A DNA stretch of 64,000 nucleotides from Entomortierella parvispora E1425 (GCA_020891255.1 BQFW01000014.1:1550001-1614000); one strand, 5' to 3'. Counted from the first letter of the stretch, positions 25,401 to 38,265 are shown. Program-made: numbers and translations. The notes: generated by a model from the letters alone, not told the origin.

Positions 25401-25944
25401 ACTCCAAACGCTGGGAAGTTCCCTGTTCCTGAAGAACCGGTTCGGGCTTGGTTATAGACTCAGTCTGGAGAAGCGTCGCGTGATGTTGGCTGATCACAAA
25501 TCACAACAGCAGCAGCAACAGTGCCACTACCATGAACAGCATCTTGAAATCCAATCGACAAGCCTCTTGGGAAATCATGATGGCGAGTCGGATCAAGTCG
25601 TGCTGTTTGATGAAGAGAAGGCCACAGCCATTGTGCAGGAGCACTTCTCGGACGCGACCATCGATGTCAACACAGCGACAGATATTACCTATGTGCTCCC
25701 TACGACAGGAACAGTGGAACAACGGGGTGGTAGAACGGCGCAAGAGTACATTCGCGACAAGAAGGCGGCTCTCCCAGCATTGTTTGCACAACTGGACGCT
25801 GAGATTGCGGCCAACCGACTGGGCGTCAAGAGTGTAGGTCTGTCCTTGACGACGTTGGAGGAAGTCTTTGTCAGTCTCCAAGAACAAGAAGAGGCCGAGA
25901 ATCTGGCCAAGGAGGAAGCTGAAGCCGCTAAAAACCAAAAGTAA
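22402..25944 (+). CDS. Half-size ABCA transporter, N-half-like (TMD-NBD), copy 1
   Basis: ATG at 22402 (MDSNIESF); QLVALGIKNVKVRTR; 16-nt microexon at about 22771-22786; Walker A EILGFLGHNGAGKTT; signature YSGGMKRKLSVALAF; VLLDEPTTG; LTTHSMEEAD. Confidence 0.9.
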
Positions 25945-27505
25945 TTGGTAGACAAAAAGACTCGAATAAAACAGGCGGCCCAGGCGAGGCGCGTCCTCCT
26001 TTCTTCCAAACACCAGAAGGGAACGATGCACGTGACGACCTCATTCTCGGTGGCTTGTATTCTGGCCCAAGTGGCCCAAAAGGACCGCGCCCACGCGAGT
26101 GCCACTGTTCCTCCTCTTTCGCCCACCATGGGCCACCTACTCCGCCACCATAGGCCACCTTCTCCGCCACTCTGCCGCCGTGGGATGCCCAGCCCGGGGG
26201 TAGTCCCAGGTAAGTATCGTGTTTATTGCTGAGAGGCAGCTACTCCGGGGAGTTGCAAACCGGCTGCGGTATTGTGCGCAATCGTCTTTGAAGGGGTATG
26301 TGGCGGGGAAGGACTGGTCATTTCAACCGCTTCAACGACGTTCCAAGCGCAGAATGAGAGGCATTGCCCCCTGAATGTCTCTTTGGCAGGCGGAAAACAG
26401 AAGTAATGGCTGTGTCGGGACTTGGGAGTGCAGGTGGTGTTCCTCACCCGGGTCCATGTGAACTCTGTTTACATTTTCTTGCTTGCATCACTCTGGACAT
26501 GGAATGAAAGGCCTCCATTAAATTCTCTTGGCTCTTTTTCAAGACCAGCGAAAGGAGGTGTTGGGGTCAAGGAGACTTTGTACCGCTTTAGGGAAGAGTT
26601 GACTTCAGCGCGTTGCTTTAAACAGCAACCCGTCATTAAGGATTCCCGCTTGGAGGTGTTGGAGGGGTACTCAACCTTCGGTCAGCGGCAGACGCGTTTC
26701 TATTTATTTTGTTTCGTATGCCATGTTCCCTCGTTCTTCTCTCACTGGTCTGTGATCTTGCAGCAAGGTGTTTGGGGAGGTTGCAAGTCGGTGAGGATGT
26801 GTGTGGACCAGCGTTGTCTTCTGGGCATATTCTCATTTACGGAGTTCCATCGGCTTTCGTTTGGAATCCTTCTGTCGTGTTCAAGGAGCATGATGGGTCT
26901 GTTATTCTTGGCACGTCGCTGGATAAGAAGGAAGGTGGTTCGGACCGGCTATGAGGGCAAAGCGAGTGCTGTGAGGCCGTGTAGCTGAGCCTCTTTTCTC
27001 TACTTGCTTGCGAGTAGGGAGCAGTACCTTTGTCGTTAGTACGTTATCTGGGATATGTTTGGGGTTCAAGATGCTCGAGTTGTGTTTCTGTCGGGGATGG
27101 ACAGGAGCACTCTCTTGTGTCGGGGGTGAGAATCTTGTGTTGCGCTGCCTCTCAAGTCGCTCCCAGCAGTCAGCAATCCGGTCTATTCCTTTTATTTCCC
27201 CCCTCCTGCCCCACCCTCCATGGGTTGGGGTTGTTGTCAATGCGGCTAAATCCACTATTGTTTTCATGAACAACTAATAGGGCCCACCCGTACCAAGAAC
27301 CGTGTGATCACCAAAGCTCGAACAGGAAAATCTACTGAAAGGCTCGTCAGCTAAAGCCCGGAAATGAGCTCCTCGAAGTCCACACCTGCACATGGCCAAA
27401 GATCCGCCTACCATCTCCTTGTCCCTCAGCTCCATCCATGGCCACAAAAGCCTTGAAGTTGAGCATTCCACAGAGTATCCGATGAGCTGCTTCGCCTATC
27501 AACCT

Positions 27506-28190
27506 TTAGCATGGGACCAAATCCAACACTTTCAAGGATCTGAAATGAACCGCGCTGGCCGTTTTGAAGTAATGTGTACGACTCGCGGTCAAAGTTAGGA
27601 AACACAACGTACGCGACCAACGTTGTGGAAATGCTTTTGAAACTCTTTTATTGTTTCTGCAAGTTGCCAAATATAATCCATGAATCTCTGGGCCTCCTCT
27701 GAGTCGATCGTCTCTCTTCTTCAAAGGAAAGCAGCATGCTATACAATGCGGGCCAACGAGTGCACGACAGATCAGCAATGTTGCCAAGAGGGAAACAAAG
27801 ATTCATCGTAAGATGTCAACGATGGACTGAGTACCTTGAAGGAGCGTCTTAAAGGATGTTTGACGAATCCAGGGAGAATGAGAAACGAGAGACAGTTCGG
27901 CCAGCGCCCTGCTTTAACACCAGGGGCTCCAACCAACAGACTGCCGCCACCATCCGACCATGACACTGGACGGTCTCCTTCCTTCTGAGGAAAGACACAA
28001 ATATGGGCAGAGCTATTATGGAAGACTCAGGAGAAGAGCCTCGACCAGGCCGGGCAAAGGCAGAGACGTACGAGTACTCGAGCAACTGCAAAGACATTCC
28101 GGGCTTTATCCATGAGAACCCAGAACAATTCTCATACATTCTCCGGCGATATGGACGTCCGGATGCCGGTTTCAAAGATGTGGCTGACAA
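27506..28190 (-). pseudogene. Possible degraded F-box/LRR-like gene; weaker homologous block at about 17255-17520
   Basis: Stop-interrupted frame SPENV*ELF..AVARV..CPAWSRLFS* loosely resembles an F-box start; RSLKVLDL lies further on. No intact ORF. Confidence 0.25.
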
Positions 28191-28424
28191 ATAGAGCAGG
28201 TCAGGTTATCAGATCGTGAGATCGTCGATCCATTTATAAAAAAAAATAACATCCACACGCAAACCCCTGTGCGACTGCATACTGGTGGCAAGGAATGAGA
28301 TTTGGCCCCTTTTCAAAACAACAAAAATCCATGACCCGACTTTATTGCTCGAGACTTTCTCTCATCCCTCTTCTCTGTTCTCCAACCCCCCGTCCACTGT
28401 CCTTCCTCCTCCCCATTTGCCACA

Positions 28425-29717
28425 ATGCTCGACAGCAGGAAGTGGTTCCACCTGAGTGTATTACGGTCACGGCTCTTTTCACGGGTCTTGACGCTCATCG
28501 GCTTCATCACCCTCTTTTACCTGGTGTTTGTCCAGAACCGATTGACTGACTATATCAGCTCATCCTGGTCACGTCCCTCTCTTTTCGGAGAGCCCATGAT
28601 GCCAAAGATCGTCATACCTACGGACGTACCGACAATGTGCACGATCGCACGTCCATCCGACGGGAGGAAAGCACTTTTTGATGTCGTCATCTTTCACAAG
28701 GAATTTGATGCGCTCGAGATTCGACTTCGGGAACTCAGCCCCGTCGTCAATGTGTTTTTCATCATTGAGTCTCCAGTCACGTTCTCTGGACAGTCCAAAC
28801 CCCTGTACTTTCAGGAAAACAAGGATCGCTTCGCGGCTTTTAACCACAAGATTGTTCATATTGTGATACCCCCCATGACCGCGGCCGAACAACGACGTCA
28901 AATGAAGAGTTGGAACATCACGAAAAGAGAATGGGCAGAGGAATACCACACCAGGGACATTGGCCTCTATATGGCTATCCAGATGTGCCGACCCCAGGAT
29001 GGTGACTGGATTTTCCTTTCGGACATTGATGAATTACCCCGGCCTGGGATGCTGAACGCTCTTATGAAAGCCTCCTCCCCAGACGACGTTGAATCAAAGT
29101 GGAAACCTTGGACACATCGATTCAGCGAAACCTCAAAATACTATGGAGGAGACATTTTCCGATTCGAATGCATGTACTACTACGGATCGTACGAGTTCAG
29201 GGGAAGAGGGAAGACAACAGTCGGTCCGGTCGCGGTCCGCTTTCGTGAGCCGGACTCACCTTTCCTTCTCGGGGACAGAAAGACCCTACCTATGATTGAG
29301 CATCAGGAAAAGGCCATGCAGAAAGACTGGCGGTACGCAGGGTCAGTTCTCCGTCGGTGCTCGGGTTACGGTACTGTGTACTTGGTCCCGGACGCTTGTT
29401 GGCATTGCAGTTGGTGCTTCAACACGATCGCTGATGTGCACGAAAAGTTGGGAGCCTACTCTCATCAGGAAAACAATCAGGAACAATATAAGGACCCAGA
29501 TTGGATTATCAAGCGTCTTCAAAACGGGAAGGATCTGTTCAACGAAACAAACACGATCTTTTTGCGCAATCCACATATGAACGATATACCTCAGTCCGTA
29601 CGAGACAACCTTGGAAAATTTGAATATCTGACCATGAGGAGCAAACTACCAAATGGAGGATTCACAGATACTGATTCATTGAAATCAAAAGAAGAAATAG
29701 ATCGGCCCGAGAATTAA
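28425..29717 (+). CDS. Glycosyltransferase family 17 (beta-1,4-N-acetylglucosaminyltransferase III-like), intronless type II membrane protein
   Basis: N-terminal TM VLTLIGFITLFYLVFV; E.DALEIRLRELSPVV..F.IIES..TFSG..KPLYF; IFLSDIDELP (DxD); WHCSWCF. Confidence 0.85.
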   Translation: MLDSRKWFHLSVLRSRLFSRVLTLIGFITLFYLVFVQNRLTDYISSSWSRPSLFGEPMMPKIVIPTDVPTMCTIARPSDGRKALFDVVIFHKEFDALEIRLRELSPVVNVFFIIESPVTFSGQSKPLYFQENKDRFAAFNHKIVHIVIPPMTAAEQRRQMKSWNITKREWAEEYHTRDIGLYMAIQMCRPQDGDWIFLSDIDELPRPGMLNALMKASSPDDVESKWKPWTHRFSETSKYYGGDIFRFECMYYYGSYEFRGRGKTTVGPVAVRFREPDSPFLLGDRKTLPMIEHQEKAMQKDWRYAGSVLRRCSGYGTVYLVPDACWHCSWCFNTIADVHEKLGAYSHQENNQEQYKDPDWIIKRLQNGKDLFNETNTIFLRNPHMNDIPQSVRDNLGKFEYLTMRSKLPNGGFTDTDSLKSKEEIDRPEN

Positions 29718-29852
29718 CAGCTGGAGGACATTATTGTTCAAAGTGCAAGATGGGATATGTCTTGTATTAGATAGGCAGTAGATAACGAATGAAAGTGGTA
29801 TCCTGAGTGGGTATCGAGGGGTATCATCTCCTCTCTGTGCTCCCCAAGCCCT

Positions 29853-32796
29853 TCACTTCATGTCCTCTGGAGCTGCTTGCTCCTTCGCAAACTCGATAAA
29901 AACCTGCGCCAGCGTGGTCTGACTGACAGAATAATCTTCAATTCCAAGCTCATCGCGGCTCTGCTCAAACAATCTGAACAGTTTGGTCAGCATGTCCGTC
30001 GTCCTCTCGCCTTCAACGCGCGTCAACTCGTATTCAAGACTGGCCCCAAGAGCTTGGACCAACGTCACCCGTCCAGCTCCCACAGCTCGCTCCAACGCCA
30101 AGGTCACATGGCCGTCGCTGCTGGCAAATGTGGCAGCGTTGTAACGTGTCTTCACAACAACCTTGTATCCAGCTCCATATGTGTTCTTGAGTCGCTGTGA
30201 TGTACCCAACGCCTGGATGTGTCCGTTCGTAATAATACCAATCCGATCGCACAATGCATCGGCCTCTTCCATTGAATGGGTCGTCAGAATCACGCACGAG
30301 GTCCTCTTGAGCTTTCGAATCGAGTTCCAGATCGCTTGACGAATCGACACATCTACTCCGGTCGTAGGCTCGTCCAAGAAGACAACCTTTGGACAACCAA
30401 TGACAGCCATGGCCAAACTCAATCGTCGCTTATTTCCCCCTGAGAACGTCTTTGTGAACTTGTTCCCTAAAGGTGCCAAGCCCATCTCATCAATCATTTG
30501 TTGGACAGCCGGCTCAACGTCCTGTGGTGCAACGCCCTTGATGCGAGCAAACAACTTGAGGTGGTCACGAACTGTGAGCTTTGGCCAAAGAACATCAAAT
30601 TGAGGGCAGATACCGATCATGGTTCGCAAATCCTCATGGAACGGCGCAATAGGGAGACCCATGATCGTGCCCTTGCCAGAAGTTGGACCCTCTGCCCCTG
30701 TCAAGATCTTGATCGTCGTGGTCTTTCCTGCACCGTTTGGCCCCAAGTATCCAAAGCACTCGTTCTTCTTGAATGACAGGTAAACATCATCCAGAATCAC
30801 CAGGTCGCGTTTCTTGCTCTGAAGATGGAACACCTTGGACAGTCCAAACAGACGAACAGCATCCAGATCCTGATCACCAGCTGCTGCTGATCCCTTCAGT
30901 CGTAACGTCTCTTCCACAACCTCGACATCCCGCTCTCGGAACTTGCCGTCGAAGGTAACTGAGGTCTCCTGTCGACGAATTCCTGCAGTCTCGGCCTTCT
31001 TGTCTTCATGAGACTCGTACTTTGTTGGATCATTGTAGGCACTTCTCCGGAAAAAGAAATCAATTGGCGAACGGCGAGTTTGGATCAGGTTTTCGATCCA
31101 AAAGATGAGTCCCAGGTAGATGAACGTCTGGACCACAAAGAGAATCATGACACAGAAAGGCGGCTTGGTGATGTCAAAGGTATCCTTCATGGTGTAAGGC
31201 GAACCGGTCGTTTGAGCGACGGCGATGGCCGAGATGGACCGCTCCATGGCAAAGGACGGCGCGATCAAGCCAATCAGTAGGATGGCCAAGAGGGAGGCGC
31301 CGTCAAAGACAAACTGAACAAAAAAGTAGGGGACAAACACGACGATTGACATGCCGATACCCAGGACTTGATTCACAGACTGCTGGTTGTTGAAAAACAG
31401 CGAAAGAAGGTAGCCAAAGGTGATGAAGGGGAATCCGGCGACGAGGAGGACGAGAAAATATGGGACCCAGGACCCAGAGGTGATCATCTGCAGTCTGGTC
31501 GCGCCCATGAGAACAAACGACGTGACCACTGGGACAAGATAACAGAGCAAGTCGATGACAAAGCGGGCGAGGTAGTATGTCGGGGGTTTGATGCCCATGT
31601 TTTGAAGGTGCGCCTTCTGACCCTGCTCTTTCTCCTGGACAAGATTCGACGCCACAAACGTGGTGAAGAATGAAAAGGCTACAATGCATAAATAGGATTA
31701 ACAGTCTGCTAATAATATGAACAGCAGCAGTACGCCAGTCACTTGAAGGGTGCTCACCAAAAGTTAAGAATGCAGGCACAATTAAGCTTGGGATATCCGT
31801 GTTCTCGCTACCCTGCGCTGGAAATGTCTGGAGGGTTGACAGGAATCGGAGTCCAAGTGCGGCCTCGGAGCCATTGGATCCACTGGTGGCGTCCACATTT
31901 TGAGTGAATTGATTCATTTGGCTCAGCATGAAAGGAATCGAATCATTCACCGACTGAGAGATGGTAAAGCCAAGGTCCACTGCTCCACTTGTCGAGGTTG
32001 AAGGTCCAAGTGCATCCATTTCAAATCCGAGTTGCGGGTCATAGTCCATCAGTGTCCTGTTCTTCAGCATGTTCTTTGCATTCTGGTGCTCGTACGCCGC
32101 CACGGCATCCATCGAGGGATAGTCGACAAAGTCTGGGTTGAAGACTGAATACGCCTGCTGCAGGTTCTGCACCACTGAATCCGTCAAGTTGTCAAGGGCA
32201 GGGACGCTTTTGACAACAGGAAAGTACACCACGGGTGTGCTCACGTAGCTACCCGAGATCCCTGTCTCTTTCAGATTGAATGTTCGACTATGGATGGACA
32301 AAAAAGAAAATATGAGGATTCTGGGACTTTCAGGTCCTTTCTGCGTTTGCCCTACTTAGGATACTTACGTTTCGATTTCGCCTGCCACAACCTGTGGGAT
32401 GTTGCTTTGAATGCCGAGCGACTAACCACATCATGATCGAAATTGCAGAAACGTGAGTACCAAAAGTCTCGATTCCAGTATGTGTTTGTTACAGGAAAGA
32501 AACGGCCTCGGGTCCTGGACCCTTTTCAAGTCCAGAACAGAACAGGATAATGGGCTACAACTTACGATACCAATGGCAACACCGATCATGATAAGAGGAA
32601 TGACAGCGCCAAAGATGTAAACAGACGGGTTACGGGCAGCGATCATTGTGTTGTGGGCCACAAGGGCCTTGAAATGATCCCACTTTGTTGGCTTGAGAGT
32701 TGCCTGGATGATGTCCATTCCTTGGATATCATCGCGGTTGGTGTGCTGGTTGTGAGGAAGAGGAGAGGCGTTCCTCGGAGGTGATGGTGTGACCAT
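29853..32796 (-). CDS. Half-size ABCA transporter, C-half-like, copy 2
   Basis: ATG at 32796 (MVTPSPPRNAS); same exon structure and motifs as 17770-20712; ends AAPEDMK*. Confidence 0.9.
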
Positions 32797-32982
32797 GGCA
32801 CGGCGGGTGTGGTTGGTATGGTTGAGAGAGGAGGGATCCACACTGCAGGGGGGAGCGTCAGGGGTTGGGGGTAGAGGAAGAACGGTGAAGCGACCGTTTG
32901 GCCAAGAGATTGCCCCGGCTGGTGTATGCACAAGAAGAGGGAGAGAGGGGCTAGGATGGGGATAGGGAAGGGACGACTCGAA

Positions 32983-33050
32983 GAAGAGAGAAGAGAGAAG
33001 AGAGAAGAGAGAAGAGAGAAGAGAAGAGAGTAGAGAGAAGAGAGTAAAGA
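32983..33050. repeat. Purine-rich (AAGAGAG)n simple repeat upstream of ABCA C-half copy 2
   Basis: Run of gaagagagaagagagaag... seen directly. Confidence 0.8.
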
Positions 33051-33513
33051 GAAAAGCGAAACACAAACAAAGAACAGAGAAGAGAACGGAGGCGCTTTTT
33101 AAGGTTGATTTGGATTTGGAGTTCGACGGCTGCTGTGATCGAGTCACGGCCCTGCCAGTGTGACCTGCATGGCTTTTTCCGCCTCGGCTGAACTCATCGG
33201 GTGTGATACACGCCGCTCAATTGCTCCATCCTCGCTGTTGGTCACCACAGCCCAAACACCCGCGTCCAGACCATCGACTTTGATCCGTCCGCTTGTTCCT
33301 TGAGTACCGCCACACCCTAATCCTCTTATCCTTTCCCCCTTGCTGACAAGATGATGAAACGCTCATTGGCTACATTGTCCGTCGACTCTGCTGATGGTCA
33401 CTATTACCCGGTTGCAAAAGCCCGCCAAGACTCGCGTTGACAAAGAGAGTGATCGGGTGCATTATGTATGGACAGTCCGGTCGATTTTATGGGAGCTCTA
33501 GACTGGTAGTCAC

Positions 33514-34860
33514 CTACGCGTTGTGAGGGAAAGGAAGGCGCTCTCCCTTCATGCCACAGAGAACATTCTCGATCGCAATTTCAGACATTGCTGTCCGTGT
33601 TTCCAATGTCCCGCTTCCGATATGTGGTAAAACAATGCAGTTCGGGAACGATAACAATTCGGAGTCACTTGGCAACGGTTCGGGCACTGTTACATCAAGA
33701 CCGACAGATCCAAGTCGATTTTCTTTGAGTGCTCTGATCAATCCAGACTGGTCGACAATTCCTCCACGCGCCGTGTTCACGAACACCTATTTGACGAATG
33801 ACATTGGAAAAAAGTATTGCATAAGAAAAATAATAGACAGTCATTGACCACTGGCACGTTGTACACAGCAATTAGCATTCAATAATTACCACTGTCTCCT
33901 TCATCTTTGAGAACGCGTCATAGTCAAACATGTTCTTGGTTTTGTCATTGAGTGCGCAACAGATGCAGATAACGTCTGATTCCCGTAAAAGACGGTCCAT
34001 CTCTGAAAACTCCACAATGGCGCCTGTAATCCCCTTCTCAGTCTCTTCCTTGCGTCGCGTGCCCTGATATAAAAACTTCCTCACTCCAAATGCTTGCAAT
34101 CTCTTGGCTACTGCCACGCCAATTCGTCCCAATCCTACAATGCCCACGGTCTTGTCCGTCAGTTGAGAACCCAGAAGCCAAGTAGGGCTCCAAGTACCCC
34201 ATTGACCCTTGATCACAGCATCCACCCCTTCGCGCAATCTCCTGGCTGCGGCCAAGACGAGTAAAACGGTAGTGTCGGCTGTGGCTTCGGTCAAAACCCC
34301 TGGCGTGATACCAAGAGCAACCTTGCGTGCTTCCAGATCGGGGACATTGACGTGATCGTATCCAACAGACATGGTTGATACAACCTTCAGCTGAGGACCT
34401 AATAACAACATGGCCGATAATTGAACCTTCAGATAATGGATTTCATAAAGAAAACCAACATAGTCCACTATCTCCTGTAACATACCTGCAGCATCCAAGA
34501 CTTCAGCATCAATCTTGTCAGTAAGGAGACAGAGGATACCATCAGCACCCTTAGCCATATTCAAAAGCTCGGCCCGTGGGATAGCTCTGTCCTCCCTCCA
34601 TTGCACAATGTCGATCCTATAAAGCGCTTCTTTGATGTTAGAAGGAGAGTCCGTTGGACGTTCGGATGATGTATTGTTTAGCACTCAAACGAAATATACC
34701 CCTCGAATCCTTTCTCGAGACGAGCCTGCGAGGCCTGGGGGAGTGTTCTTGTCACGACAAGTCGCTGACGTTGTAGTGTAGTCATTGTTGTAGAAAAGGC
34801 TCGTCTGGTAAACTGAGCAGGCGAGAGGAGTCTGGCAGGAGAAACGAGGCGTGGGATCAT
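33514..34860 (-). CDS. GOR1: Glyoxylate/hydroxypyruvate reductase (D-2-hydroxyacid dehydrogenase), multi-exon, with mitochondrial-type presequence
   Basis: STMSVGYDHV, TPGVLTEATAD, GIVGLGRIG (Rossmann fold), VNTARGGIVD, LDVTVPEPLP, LPHIGS. Confidence 0.9.
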
Positions 34861-35143
34861 TAGCCAAACTACGTTTTATTGCTCTTTGTGGAAGGAGCGA
34901 TTGAATGAGGAGGAGAATGGAACAGAGTGATGGGGAAGAGATGAAGAGAAATGATGGGCAGGGTATGTAACAAATCGGATGGAATGCGGAGGAATCCGTT
35001 GGGGCCAATCAAGTGGGGTTTGGTTGGAGGCAGAAAGAGAGCCTGTGGGAGCGGGCAGATCGTGCCTTGGAAGAGACGGACGCGCGCAGTGTCGCGTCTT
35101 TTTTTTGATTTTTTTGATTTTTTTTTTTTTTTTTGTTCATGCT

Positions 35144-35623
35144 TCACTTGATGTGGTCAGCCCTTGGACTGTCTGGTGAAGCATACAGGCGAGTCCACTC
35201 CTTGGCTGTCTTGTCAAAGAGCGCGCGGTCGGTTGTCAGGGTATGAGCTATTTGAGAGTCCATCGGCTCATCAGGAGATAGCTGCCCTAGAGACTCGCGC
35301 AGTCCTATGAGAACCTTGGAGAGAGTAAAGACGGGACTCCAGGAGACGCTATTACAAAAATCGAGGCACATCGAACCATTGCTATTGATGGCAGGGTGGT
35401 AGACCTGGACGAGGAATTTGATCCTCATTGGTTTGAACGGGTAATCTGGTGGAAAACGGATTGACAACCGAAAGACGCCTCCTTCGTAGACAGACCCCAC
35501 AGGGCCATGGATGGTCGCCTCCCAGAGAAAGAGATTGGAGGGATCGATAGGTGAAGCAGAGTAGAATGGCGACGGGTTCTCTTGTATATCCTTGAGTTCC
35601 TTTGCGGGCCGTTTTGTAGCCAT
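35144..35623 (-). CDS. Divergent, intronless UBC4/UBE2D-like E2 ubiquitin-conjugating enzyme
   Basis: MATKRPAKEL, WEATIHGP..SVYEGGVF.LSI.FPPDYPFKP, YHPAINSNGSMCLD (catalytic Cys retained), WSPVFTLSKVL, AKEWTRLYA. Confidence 0.85.
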   Translation of the reverse strand: MATKRPAKELKDIQENPSPFYSASPIDPSNLFLWEATIHGPVGSVYEGGVFRLSIRFPPDYPFKPMRIKFLVQVYHPAINSNGSMCLDFCNSVSWSPVFTLSKVLIGLRESLGQLSPDEPMDSQIAHTLTTDRALFDKTAKEWTRLYASPDSPRADHIK

Positions 35624-35829
35624 AGTGGAGAACACAGGTTGCTCGAGATGGAGGGACGAAAAGAACCTCCAGCAGCTGGACCAAGTGGAGCAAAATTGCG
35701 GACTGCGGCCACAAAGAATAGAATCCTGTGACTGTCTGTGGAAAGAAAAAAAAAAGAAAAAGGGAAGCTCTTTGCTCGTCTTTGTCGCCATTTCTCCCCT
35801 CCTCCGCCGACCTACAACACATATACACC

Positions 35830-37044
35830 ATGGTTATTGTCCAGGTAAACGAGGCAGCCTGTGAAGAACTGAATCGAAAATTGGATTGCCATTGAACATG
35901 TTGACTAATTCGAATGTCTGGTCTTGAATTGATCATTAGCCCAGCAACCAGATCAAGTACGACATCGTGGACACGGACAAAGGCTAGGAATGGACTGAAG
36001 CAGCAGCAATTAACAATACTCGCTTCTACAACAACCTTGCAAATAGACTGACCAATGTCTCTATTGTCCGTTACCGCAAGGGCGGCAAGAGATTTGAGAT
36101 TGCTTGTTACAAGAACAAGGTCATGGAATGGAGAAGCGGCGTGTAAGTGTGCGCGCTACCCGACGGCTATGTTTGATTCAAAAAAAGGTCTTTACAAAGA
36201 CTAACCATTGACTTTCAACAGTGAAAAGGATCTAGGCGAAGTGATGCAGATCGACAACGTTTTTCTCAATGTCTCCAAAGGACAGGCCGCCAACAAAGAT
36301 GATTTGCAAAAGTGCTTCAAAACTGAAGACAGAAACGCCATTATTCTAGAGGTGAGCTTATGGACCCTAGGACTGAATAGGTCGACCAGGACTTTTGACC
36401 GCACAACTCTACGATACTAAACAAGACCTTACTACTATAAACCTTCGACCTTAGATCTTGAAAAAAGGAGAGCTTCAAGTTGGCGAAAAGGAACGTTCGT
36501 CAATGCTGGAGGGCATGTACAGGGATATCGCCACGACCGTCGCTGAAAAGTGCGTCAACCCAGAAACCAAGCGGCCCTACACTGTCACAATGATTGAGAA
36601 GGCTATGGCAGATCTGCATCTCTCTATCAATCCTTCCCGGTCTGCAAAGTCGCAAGCGCTGGATGTGATCAAGCTGCTTTTGGAGAAGAAGACCATCCCA
36701 ATTGCCAGAGCTCAGATGAGGATCAGGATCGTTGTCCCCTCGAAGGATGGCAAGAGGATAAAGGACAAGTTGATGGCCATGATTGCATCCAAGGAAGATG
36801 AGGATTTGGACGAAAATTATGAATGGGTAATGCTTCACTCCGCAATTTGGAATCTCAGTTTTTTGGCTTTGGAGCCGCAGCCAGCTGACAAATTATATTT
36901 TTTTTTCCTCCTATTTAGACGTGCCTCATTGATCCTGGACAATTCAGACCCATCAATGAGCTGCTGCAGTCAGAGACAAAGGGCAAAGGACAGCTGGAGA
37001 TGTTGAGTTTGACAGAGACCAAGCAAGGCGACGAAGTTTTCTAA
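35830..37044 (+). CDS. SDO1: Ribosome maturation factor SBDS/Sdo1, multi-exon
   Basis: Spliced [36 protein letters not shown]; [15 protein letters not shown]; KKGELQV; [10 protein letters not shown]; [10 protein letters not shown]; ends DEVF*. Confidence 0.92.
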
Positions 37045-37145
37045 ACCCACCACCAATTGACGACATGTGTTCATTACCTGCATTTTTCAATAAACATTTG
37101 TCGATCAAAATCACTTGGGGTATACCAATCAATTTATTGAGGTTT

Positions 37146-38265
37146 TTAAACCTGAGGACATGGCTGCACGCCCAATTCGCGCTGGACCTCTTCTACAGGG
37201 CGATCCATCCATTCCTCCCATCTGACATTCATCAGCAGCTTTGAGCTACTACCGTATTCGAGCGCCCAGGGGATATAGTACTCATGGAGCCGCGATCTCT
37301 CTTCGCTAGTCAACCGCAATGGCCCAAAGAAGGACGACAGCATCGTCATGGGAAGACCAGTCTGCAACATCTCGAACCACTTGAGTGCAATTTCTCCGTC
37401 CACTGTTACAGGCAGTCCAGTCAATGTGTGATAAAAATCGTGTGTTTCGCGATATCTCTGCATTACATAGGCAAGCTCTTCAGAGTCGACAAAGTGAACC
37501 TAAAAAAGAACACGGGCGGGTGGAAAATAACAATGAGAAGAGGTATCAGGACCTTGTCGCAGAGCAGTATAGAACCATCCGCACCATGGATTTGTTGACA
37601 ATTATCTCTCAAGAACACGTACCGGCTCACGAGTATCGGGCGAGACCTGTTGGTCATCCAGGAACCGAACATATTCACGACCAAATGTACCGTCAGGGAG
37701 CTGACGCAACGCGTCGAGTTGCATTGACTCTGACGTGATTTTGGGTCTTTCTCTCAAGATGCGACGGCCCTCAGGATCCAAAAGCATTTGGTCACGGATC
37801 CGGGCCAGGAACATGCCACCAGTTGTCTCCCCCAATGCCGCAACCATGTCTAACGTGGCCACAAGAATAGACAAGTTAGAACTTTATACTGCCAATTATG
37901 GTGTTCCTGGTCAAGTCTCCTTACCTCCGCGCAAAGGGTTCGCGAGAGCTGTAAACGCGGACCCAACAGCCAGAATGGATCGTTGCAGTGGTGAAATTGG
38001 GATATGGCCCTCATAAAGTTTCCCAGTAGGTGGCTCCACTATCAATCGAGGTTGAGTTGTATATGGTCAGGGCTTGTTGATATAAAGTCTGGGAGAACAG
38101 GTGGGCCTTCCTAAAGTTAGACAATGCCTTACATGGGGATCGGCATGTAAAGAGAGTGGCGCAACGGGTCCAATGCGCGGGTCTCCTTGTCAGTGCCAAG
38201 GAACGCGCTCTGATAGAGGCGATTGTGGCATTCGCAGTTGCGGCTGTGATGGTTCGAGCAGACAT
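37146..38265 (-). CDS. COQ4: Ubiquinone biosynthesis protein Coq4, multi-exon
   Basis: ALGETTG..RIRDQMLLDPEGRRILRERPKI; QRYRETHDFYHTLTGLP...GEIALKWFE..QTGLPM; N-terminal presequence. Confidence 0.92.

Noticed and set aside
25945-27500. Several 60-190 aa ORFs between the duplication units
   Set aside because: No motifs, conflicting strands and no consistent splice model.
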